A stretch of 61,848 nt of DNA, the filler included, from Kipferlia bialata (taxonomy: Eukaryota), in assembly GCA_003568945.1 (NCBI GenBank). It is 4 parts of 4 records of this genome, joined end to end, with 100 filler letters (N's around TTAATTAATTAA, not from the genome) between each part and the next. Parts side by side here need not be neighbours in the genome. Positions count along the whole stretch, not along the records: positions 43,918 to 57,345 come from BDIP01000387.1; positions 57,446 to 61,848 come from BDIP01000402.1; 2 more parts are not named here. One strand, written 5' to 3'. The notes under the pieces are model-generated. The model did no database searches and had not been told where the DNA came from. It was given only the letters and a program-made list of their open reading frames with translations. The position numbers and the translations under genes are program-made. Below, piece after piece: positions 51,784 to 61,848 of the stretch (positions within the stretch are counted from its first letter, which is position 1; each line of letters starts with the position of its first letter).

Positions 51784-52154
51784 CTAATAGACATGGACTG
51801 TGTCACTGTGACACACAAACCAAGGGATAATGAATCTACAGTCACTAGGATATAACACTCACTCACACCAACGACTCTATTTGTACTCTCTGTGTTGCCT
51901 CCAACCCCTGGTGCCATACAGTAATATAATACAGTGGGGACTAGATGGTCAGCCCCCTCTACGGACACACCCAACGGACACCAGGGCGGATGCATATCAA
52001 TGTCACAACCCATCCCACCACTACGCCAGCCCCCCACCGACCCATCCTTTGCCATACTATGGTTATGACCTAGGATCGGGTATGGACTGACCAATAGCCG
52101 ACACTAAACGCTCTACCCACTACTCACTACGCCACCCACACCATGGCTCTGGAC

Positions 52155-53910
52155 CTAGTAGTCACGGGACCTGTCAGGGCCTCTGGAGGAGCTCCTGCTG
52201 AAGCGGCCTCCCTGCCTCTCGCCTCCCCTGCTGGGGCCTCTCGACCTTCCGTTGCTGGGGCCTCTGGAGCTAGACCTGTCTCCTCCTCTGCCTCCTCCAC
52301 CGCCCCTCCTGTCTCCGTCTCTGTCTCCACCCCTGGAGTGACCCCTAGAGCCTCCCCTGGAGTTGCTGCCACCACGGTCGCCCCTGCCGCGGGACCCGCC
52401 CCTGGAGTTGGCCCTGCTGCCACCCCTGGGGGAGGAAGCGGCAGAGCGCTGGATCTCGTGGGCGTGGGACTTGAAGTCGAACTTGTCGAGCACGTCAGAG
52501 GAGTACATCGAGCAGAGGATGGCACGAACCTCGTTCTCACACACCTGGGGGTGAGGGGAGGGGGGGGGGGTATTGATATGGTGTTCTGTCCTTAATGCCT
52601 CTTCTACATACATCTATACACGTCGGAGTATATATTGTATATGAGACTGGTAGAGTAGGTACCCTTGTCCACGTATACCCATACCAAATAGAATAGAATA
52701 GAATATACTGCATGCACGTCTAGACGTACCGTCCTGGCAGCCTCGTCGTTCGTGTTGAGCCAGAACTCCATGTGGAGGAAGGTGGGTCTGATCTGGGGGG
52801 TGAGACACAGAGGGGCAGGGGGGCAGGAGTGTGTTACTATCACCATGTGTGTCTATGTAGAGTATAATAACTGCACATACCTTGCAGACCACTCCGTTGA
52901 CCAGGGGGTGCATGGGGGAGGTGCCTCCAATCACAGAGAGCAGCACCATCAGGAACTGGGCCTTGAACTCAACCTGGGGGGTCAGGATGGACTCACATAT
53001 GATATATACCACACTATAGCATACCCCCATACCTTCTCCATGACGCCAAACTTCTTCTCGGAGCTCTTGCTGTTGTGCATCTTGATGGACATGGTGCACC
53101 CGTCCTTGTTGGCGGGGTGCTCCCACTTGGGCTCGATGTCACCCTTGAAGTAGTGGTATATGGCATACCTGGAGTGAGAGGGGGAGGGGGACACATAGAC
53201 TATATAGTATATTGGGTAGAGTGACTGAGTGAGAGAAAGATACGCAGTCACATTGGTGGATACAACACTGACTGTCGACCAAGCCAGAGTAGCCCCACCA
53301 CCACAGTATATGCAGCATCCTGAATCATATATGTATATCAATGTGACGTACTGGACAGACATGTTGCCGATGGAGACGAGGGTGTCCATGAAGTGGTACA
53401 GGCACCAGAACTCCTCAATGCTGGAGAAGGTGGACACCTTGTGAACGTTCTTGGCCCAGGACTCCTCGCTGGTGCTCTGGCTCTTCTTCGACTTCTTGTT
53501 CTTGGGGATCTGGGGTGAGCAGGGGTATACAGGGTGGTATATAGATGCAGGTGTATCATATATATCAATCAGAGACACACACAGATGCGTTCCCGTACCC
53601 TAGTGGAGAAGTGGAGGGACCAGCTCTCCTGGAAGTGCATGCCGGAGATGTCAAACATCTCCAGGTCCTCATCGTCGGACTCCTCCTCAGCAAGAAGGTC
53701 ATCGGACTCACGGGGGGTGATAGGGCCGGCGGTCTCCTCGGGGACAGCCTCCACAAGGGGGAGAGCAGCCACAACGGCAGCAGCCTCGGTAACCTGCTCC
53801 TCAACCTCCTCGGGGGCGGTCTCGGCCTCAACCACAGCCTCCTCAGCGACAGCAACCATCTCTGGGACCACCTCAGGGGTCTCAGTGACCACAGTCTCAC
53901 AAACACTCAT
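52155..53910 (-). CDS. EIF4E: Cap-binding translation initiation factor eIF4E family protein, 6 exons, acidic N-extension and RGG C-tail
   Basis: ESWAKNVHKVSTFSSIEEFWCLY, YHYFKGDIEPKWEHPANKDG, LLSVIG, VNGVVCKIR, MEFW, FKSH. Confidence 0.9.
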
Positions 53911-54210
53911 ATTGCTCTGTTGTATACTCAGTCCAAGCTCTTCCTCCTGTATACAAGCTCCAGCGACCGAAACACGACGAAGGGCAGGCACCTTCGCATC
54001 GATATGGTTGGACTACACCCTTTTCTTGAGTATTCGAGCAAAAACGTGTTTTGCTCAATAAATAGGGGTTCGTTCTCACTTTCTTACAATTGGGGTGGTC
54101 TCTCCACTGTGGGTGCTGTTATTGACGTGTCACACTCTGTCCATCGCTCTAGACTGCTCTCTTGAGCTGTAGGCAGTTGCTTGCCATCCCTGGGCAGTGG
54201 GAGTGCAGAC
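53911..54210. promoter_or_regulatory. Putative bidirectional promoter between eIF4E and TGS1
   Basis: 300-bp spacer between divergent ATGs, containing an AT-rich core and lacking microsatellites. Confidence 0.5.
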
Positions 54211-56427
54211 ATGTCCAGAGGGGAGAGAGGTACACGAGACTATCACCCAACTAGTCGGTATCATAGTGATAGAGATGATAGGGACTGGCGGGAAAGGGGG
54301 AGGGGGGGAGACAGAGACAGAGATGCATCTAGGGGAAGGGGCTATGGGAGGGATGACAGGAGTGATAGGTGGGAGAGGGATAGTCGGGATCGAGTAGAGA
54401 GGGGTCACAGAGACCAGAGGGAGAGGGGTAAGGGGCACTCTCCCTCTAGGGGTGGAAGAGGGTCAGACTATAGGCGGAGAGAGAGTGGGTCAGGGGGTCG
54501 GTATAGCAGCAGTGGTAGGGATTCCGGGAGGGATAGGGAGGACACCTCTGTTGATGTTGAGGGTGTGTGTGTCACGACCCTCAATGCCTCAGACACATTC
54601 AGACCCTTCTCCACAAAGAACCAGGCTGCAACCACGGCAGCACAGAGACACGAGGTGGGGGAAGGTGCAGTGTCAGGTGTATATGGAGTATATCCAATCT
54701 CGTAGCTTCTCCCTCCTCTCCCTCACCCCCTAGGCCCGTACCGTTGTGAGAGCAGCTGGCCACATGCGTACAGCCCTGTCCTGCCAGACAGACGGGGGGG
54801 TGAAGGAGGGTGGGGGTGGGGGGGCTGGGAGTGAGGCCTCTGTGCCAACCTCTCTCTCCCTCCCCTTACCCCCTTGCATCAAGGTGTTGACAGGGGTGGG
54901 AAAGACAGAGGGAGAGAGAGAGGCTGGCAGTGCCTCCCCCTCCCCTGTGTGTGTCCCTGTCCCCCTTGGCCCTGTCCTCTCTGTCCTAGCTGCCGCCAAC
55001 ACCCCACCCCCCCTCTCCTCCCCCGACCCCCTTGCATGTTTCCACTGTCCCGACCAGCCATTTGGACATGCCATTGAGAAGTACTGGGCACAGCGGTACA
55101 GGTACTGTCTTATATGAGCATGTCTTTCTCTAGAAGTAGTAGATTCATGGTACAGGTGGATAGTAGTCTCTTCTCACACCCCTCCCACACTCACCCCCAG
55201 ATTGTTCCCTAGACATGACGAGGGCACAGGGTTTGTGGCAGACCCAGAGGGCTGGTACGTATACACATGTCTGAGTGTACCCTAACTGATCATTGCTGAC
55301 ATGCACTCTCATATTCTACATGTATGCCTGGGTTGTCTCAGACCCAGAGGGGTGGTACGTGTATACATATGTGTATACCTTTGGAGGGATATACACTTCT
55401 ACTCATTCTCATTATACAAACATTAATGAATATATAGTTTGCATCAGACACAGAGGGGTGGTGCGTGTCTTCACTTGGAATGGTTTCTCTCTGTTCCGTG
55501 TAGCCTTGTCCTCACCCCCCAGGTTCAGCACTGTCCATGTGGTCTTCTGTAGAAATAGTGTGTCTATATCATCACAATAGTGTGTCTATATCATCGCTAT
55601 TGAGCCCTCACCCCTCAGGTTCAGCACTGTGCCCGAGGCCATGGGCAAGCAGATAGGGGGTGTGATAGTCTCTGCCCTGGGCGAGGGCTCTGTCCTCTGC
55701 GACCCCATGTGTGGGTGCGGCACATCGCTCATCCACGCCCTCACTGCACACCCCTCTCTGACAGGGGTGGCAGGGGACATAGACCCCTTGAGGGTGGCCA
55801 TGTGCCACAGAAACTGCGAGATAGCAGGGGTGGCAGACAGGGTGTCCTTCTACGTGGCAGACTGTCTGTGCGAGGGGCCTGGGTCTCTATCCGCTGCCTT
55901 GGAGCGTGATGGGATCCAGTGCTCATGTGTCATCACCTCTCCCCCCTTTGGTGGCCCAGAGTATGCGACCAAGCCCACCTTCGACCTGGCCTGTGACCTG
56001 CCCCAGTGTCTGTCTGCCCTGATACCCAGTCTGCACAGGCTGAGTGACACCCTCTGTCTGTTGATGCCTAGGAACACTAGGCTGGACAACCTGCCTGCAC
56101 TGCTGCACCCAGACACACCTAGTACAGGGGGTGCATCCACAGACCCCAAGGTGGAGGGGTGCATCCTGACCCTCAACACCAAGCCCAAGATGTGTGCTGT
56201 CATGACGGGGGGGCTGGTGGATGCATCCAGGCCCAGGTGCTCACAGGCACTGCTGGCCAAGGCCAGGTGGGTATATATGCATATATGTGTGTATATATTT
56301 TCATATGTTGTAATACTTGTCTATTAATGATATTCTCACCCCTAGGTGGGTCATGAAGAGAGGCCCCCGTACCGGTCAGGGACAGGGACAGGGGAGAGGG
56401 AGAGGGGGGAAGCGGTGGAGGCGGTAG
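54211..56427 (+). CDS. TGS1: RNA cap guanine-N2 methyltransferase (trimethylguanosine synthase family)
   Basis: KYWAQRYRLF, EGWFSTVPE, DPMCGCG, GDIDPLRVAMCHRNCEIAGV, VITSPPFGGPEY, LLMPRNT. RS/RG-rich N-terminus; TAG at 56425-56427. Confidence 0.9.
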
Positions 56428-57345
56428 TGTTAGGATTACTTGGCCTAGTTGAGTTGTATATGTGTTCATTCTTCCATTGTTCTATAGGTGTATTGTGTTC
56501 GTATACTGATAGTGATATAGAGACCCATCAGCATATGAGTTCAGACCCACCTTGTGTCCTGAGTGGTTATGTGTACAACTTGAGCATCAGAGGACTGCTT
56601 TCATTATCATGATTCATTACGAAACAGTGTCATGACTAGACCCCAGGCATGGGTGTGGTATCAATGCATTGATGCGAGTATGCTACACGTTTTAGATTGA
56701 CGGAATACTGACAAGACTCTCTTTACATAGTTACATACAGACGAACACGCAGTACTCCCATCTAAAGAGCGAATCAGAGCGCGATTCAGAAGATCCAGGC
56801 TTTGGATACTAGGAACTAACTGCTACAGAACTGGTGGTCGGCCACACAGTCCTCCAAACTCACGGTCAACTACACACACTTTTGACGCACTAGGTTTATA
56901 ATAATAAGTGGTAACACATTGCCCTATGAACCCCTAGAAGACCGTAGCTGGATCTTGGTCGGACGACAGGCCCAATTCAATAAACATAGGTGATGTCAAC
57001 CTCTTTATGGCACCGCCAGGTATGGGTAACCTGCCAGCTTCCTAGAGTTTGCTCCAGTATGCACTCGCTCTCCTCTAGCAACCCCACAAGAATGTAGGAC
57101 TACTTTGCATTCAAGTTCTGAGGTAGGCGGTCCTTTTTTCACTTATGATGTCAAAGAGAACAGTGGCTTTGGTTCACCAAGAACCATCCAATGCAAAAAC
57201 AATGTTTATGAAATCCCCTTCCTTACACGTTAGATCTTCTGGCTCAATCGACTCTCCCTCTCTTCGGAGCCTTCCCTTCGGGGTTGGTCCTCCAAAAAAC
57301 TTTGTTTTAATACAGAGAAGATTAGCACGTCCCTCGGAAAGAGTC

Positions 57346-57445
57346 NNNNNNNNNNNNNNNNNNNNNNNNNNNNNNNNNNNNNNNNNNNNTTAATTAATTA
57401 ANNNNNNNNNNNNNNNNNNNNNNNNNNNNNNNNNNNNNNNNNNNN
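57346..57445. other. Artificial contig linker (N44-TTAATTAATTAA-N44)
   Basis: Same 100-bp structure as the other two linkers. Confidence 0.95.
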
Positions 57446-58291
57446 GGGGGGGGGGGGGGGGGGGGGGGGGGGAGAGAGAGAGAGAGAGAGAGAGAGGTAG
57501 TACCTTGTCTAGTCACAGGGTCTGGGGGCATAATAGTACCAGGGAGGTGATAGTCACTTCAGCGTCTTGTGTCTAGGGACACGATGGGGGGGGGGAGGGG
57601 AGATAGCGCACAGACTAAGTACACTCTAGACGGTCTAGATGGTTGGAGAGATGTGTCTCTTTCAGTCTGGGTTGCCCGTCGCCCTAGGCCCTTCCAATGT
57701 TGGGAGGGATTATAAATAGAGAGAGAGAGAGACCGATGTGTGTCATCATTGTCACATACTGTAGAGAGTGATGGCCTCAAGAGAGTGTGACAACGTTCAT
57801 AAGGGTTCAGCTAATGTTTGTCAAGCATCCACACGTGTAGGCTTTAGCCCCCTCCCTTTCATATCATTGTGAGTGACTCTGCTTAGCAAGAGAAGGGCCA
57901 CTGCTCTTGAGGGTTCTTAGGACTGTTGACATGCCAGGTACAGCTGGATACGTTTTGAATGAGTCAGTCATATACAAATATGTAATGTCTGAATACAATG
58001 GTCATTTGCTCTGCACATTGCATCATATACTGATGTCTCTCTTCCTCATGGACACTTTGCCAACCCTCAGACACCTTTACATCTCTTTTTTAGTGTTTCT
58101 CTCCCCCCCCCCCACCCCCCTCCCCCCTATCTCTTAACTCTCTGTACTATATATGTAGTTAGATATAGATAGTAGGGTCTCTGTCTCTATGAGATCCATT
58201 ACTAACCTGGTTATTCATCTGTCTCACTCATTGTTTTTGCCTCTCTCTCTGTCTCAGGAAAACAAGTCACAAGTTCCCCAGCACAACTCTT

Positions 58292-58330
<39 letters not shown>

Positions 58331-58699
58331 GTACACATTCGGTATTGCCATCGCCTTACCCAATCCCTCAGGGATTTGTATATTCAATGCGTTATATACT
58401 CAACACGCTCCTAGGCCATTCTTATATCTCTCTCTCTCACTCTCGCTCCTTCTTCCTCTTACATCCGGGCATATCGCTCACTCCCCTCACCCTGTCCTAA
58501 CCCCCCCCCCAGTCAAGCACAATGTTCTCTCTCTCTCTCTCTCGCTTCCTTTTCCTCTTATACCAGGCATTTCTCTCACCCCCCTCACCCTGTCACCCCC
58601 TGCCAAGCACAATGGATATATACTATATACTATATACTTTAATACTATATTCATTGTGCTATACTATATATTCTAACACTAGGCATTACTCTAAGACCC

Positions 58700-61600
58700 A
58701 TCACCCTGTCACCCCCTGCCAAGCACAATGGGTTTGGGAACCTGGTCTCACTGGGGGACTCAAAGGTAGTGTTTTATGGGTAGACATATGGATACATAGT
58801 AGTATGACAAGAGTTTTATATTATTGTATACATATATATATGGTTTGGGAGCCTGGTCTCACTGGGGCACTCAAAGGTATTGTTATACACACACATTAAT
58901 ATATGTGTATATTAAAGTATGACAAGAATAAGAGAGATATCAGTTATGTATATACACATATAAGCTTATACATACACATATAGTATGGGAAGCTTCTGGC
59001 ACTGGGGGACTCAAAGTTAGTGTAGTTATATGTGTAATCATAGATATATAGCAGTGTAACATAAATAATTGTAGTATTTAATGTGTATATACATATAGTA
59101 TGGGAACCTTCTGGTATTGGGGGACTCAAAGGTATGGATACGGTCATGAATACATGTATACGTACACCGACACATACACACACATATAGACATGTCACTA
59201 CCCCGGGCCATGCTGGTATACCGGATAATAGACACCTGAGTACACGCTCTATTCACATTATATATATGCACTATATATATATATACCCCAGGCCATGGTT
59301 GTATACTATAACCAGTATACTGTTTCAGATATATGCCAATATATGTTGATTTACTAAACGTATACCCCAGCCCATGCTTGTGTACTACAGCAAGTCTATT
59401 GCTATTTATATATATATTGACATTTTGTTTCCCTAGATGGGATATATACACTAATGCACCAGGCCATGCTCGTGTACTACAGCAAGTCAGACCGCCAGGA
59501 GAACACAGTAGAGTGCCTAATGCTGCAGGTATACCAGAACTGTACTCTCTCTCTCTCCCTGTCTCTGTCTCTCTCTCAATACATATATTTGAATGTCTAT
59601 ACATACCTATTAGCTGCATATCAGGAGACATAGATCCAAGTGTCCCTTCCCATGCTCCAGTTCAATTGCTGATCTCTCTCTCTCTCTCGCTATATATATA
59701 TATGTATGTGTATATGAGTATATTACTACATATTATTCCTACCCTAGGTATGCTCTGATGGCACTTACACCCAGGAGAGGGAGATATCTTTCTCTCTCTC
59801 TCTCTCTCTATGTATACATAATGAAATGAGAATGAGACCATAATATACTCACCCAGGTATGCTCTGATGGCACCCATACCCAGGAGAGGGTGGAGTGGCC
59901 CGATGACTATAGGTACTGTAGTCATATGCATACACTTCTCTATGTAAGCTATATGAATGTATATCTGTTTTGATAGTATATGTCTTTATTTATTCATTGA
60001 GTCTCGCTATCAGGTGTGTCCATTACACCAACGCTCTACACACATATGTATATGTACATACTACCACAAAAACGTTTTTACATTTCCACACTTACTCTCA
60101 GGCCTTTCTCCACATTCGCAGTGGCAGTGGGGGAGAACGAGGTATTTTTGATTATACACACAGAGAAATATCTATGAATATTTGTATCTCACGCCATAAT
60201 TGAGAGTTGCATAAAACTAATTCTTCTGATTATGTCACAACTATTCTCTCTTATCTCGCAATTGTCTTTACTTATCTCGCAGGTCTGGATCTTCACCTCT
60301 GAGTGCATGGAGGGTGCTGTTGTGCAGTGCACCTCCATCTATGCATACACTGTGGACACGGGGGTGTGGAGGGTAACGGAATTGACGTATATACTGCAGC
60401 ATATACCTGGTAGGATATACTATATATATGTGTGTACATGTGTACAGTGCACATCCATCTCTGCATACACTGTGGACACTGGGGCCTGGAAGGTAAGGAT
60501 TGTTTAATATACTCACACTTAGACATGGTATGATACACAGCATACACATCCCACCTCTCTCTGTGCATTATCTATGTATCCAATATTCGTAACCTAATGT
60601 CTTCCCCTGGCAGGACTAGTGGCCCAAGGTTATATAGATATTTATACCCATATATATATGTATTTATTACACCCTCTATGAATTCATATACTAATACCCA
60701 GGTCTTCCCCTGGCCACACTAGTAATCCCCAAAAGAGAATAGTATATACATGTGTATTCCTATATATATATCAGGTCTTGCCCTGGCAGGACGAGTGGCC
60801 CAAGGTCAGGGAGTGCAGGATGCACTTTAACCTGGGTAGTAAGGTATCCACATAAGCTAATGGTGCATATATATAGATTATTAGTGAATACAGATGCATA
60901 TGTGTGTGGCAGGGAGTGCAGGATGCACTTCAACCTGGGAGCCAAGGTATCCACACACATATTAGTATATATACTATTACATGTAAGATATGATTTTGAC
61001 GGATACTCTAGTTTTGGCGATGACCGTATTGTGTATTGTTGTCTTTTTCACTCAATAGATCTACTTTGGGGACCTCAACGGTGATTGAGAGGAAACCTAC
61101 TACATACGTATACATCACTTACTATATTGTATTGTCTCACCCTCTAGATCTACTTTGGCGGTGACCTTAATGATGACGGAGAGGAGTACTACTTCTACTC
61201 CCTTGATACCATGACAATGGGGTGGGAGGTCATGGAGGATATGCCAGAGAATGTGGGGTACGACCTTAAGAAAGTGTATTAGCATACTTATGTGTGTCTG
61301 GGTATTACTATACTCTCTAGATACCATGACTATGGAATGGGAGGAGATGGAGGATATGCCAGAGAATGTGGGGTTAGTGATACGAATATATATGTATATA
61401 GATTAACTAGCAATAGTCCATTTATGTAGGTAATAGGGTGGGAGGAGATGCCAGAGAACGTAGGGTATGTCGACAATACTCATGTTGGTATCTTCTATTC
61501 ATATTATTGTATACATCTTCTCTGTCCCCCACTATGTATGTACCTCATACCAGGTATGGCCATGCCGTTGTTGTCGGCTCCCTATTACCTCTCTCTCTCT

Positions 61601-61848
61601 CTCTCTCTCCCCCACTCTCCCCCTTCTCTATATTCCTCACACTTAGGTATGGCCATGCCGTTGTTGTGGGTGACACTACCCATTCTCTCTACTCTCTCTC
61701 TCTCTCTATCTATATATGTATATGACTATATATGTATTCATATATCGATGTGACACTTAGATATGGCCATCCCGTGGTCGTAGGTGACACTACTTATCCT
61801 CCCCCCCCCCCCCCTCTCTCTCTATATGTATATATTTATTCCTCACAC
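58700..61848 (+). CDS. Kelch-type propeller protein with many small exons; start unresolved, runs off window
   Basis: Exons VWIF...IYAYTVDTGVWR, EWPKVRECRMHFNLGAK, IYFGGDL...FYSLDTMTMGWEVMEDMPENVG and YGHAVVVGDT. Confidence 0.6.
58729..59136 (+). repeat. Intronic donor-side exon-echo array (4 copies)
   Basis: TGGGAACCTGGTCTCACTGGGGGACTCAAAGGT variants at ~58729, 58841, 58983 and 59098. Confidence 0.85.

Noticed and set aside
52127..52595. Overlapping Ala/Pro/Gly-rich ORFs on both strands (also around 51217-51738, 53534-54165)
   Set aside because: These are shadow frames of GC-rich low-complexity coding exons of eIF4E and the methyltransferase.
57007..57345. Possible gene start (ATGGCACCGCCAG|GT) at the contig end
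   Set aside because: Too short and truncated by the linker to support a call.

Overview
This is intron-rich eukaryotic DNA. GT-AG introns with a branch point fused to the acceptor (CTNAC-Yn-AG), TA/CT microsatellites and an expanded kelch-like family suggest a free-living fornicate such as Kipferlia bialata; the organism is my inference. The window is four contigs joined by artificial 100-bp N44-TTAATTAATTAA-N44 linkers. Genes reconstructed by eye: importin-alpha (3' part), several kelch-like propellers, a secreted LRR-Vps62 fusion, a TPR-like protein, an MFS transporter, a CBM25/Cys-rich GH13 alpha-amylase (catalytic domain cut short), HBS1, two prokaryote-type genes now split by introns, a coiled-coil protein, and an adjacent trio of a SAM methyltransferase, eIF4E and Tgs1. 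Two signals stand out. (1) Many introns carry polarised, decaying 20-50 nt copies ('echoes') of the neighbouring exon boundary, separated by TA-rich spacers; one intron is flanked by a perfect 26-nt direct repeat, which may record intron gain by duplication. (2) A candidate cap writer/reader cluster, with Tgs1 head-to-head with eIF4E next to a methyltransferase, all carrying RG/RS tails. Exon boundaries are manual and need RNA-seq.
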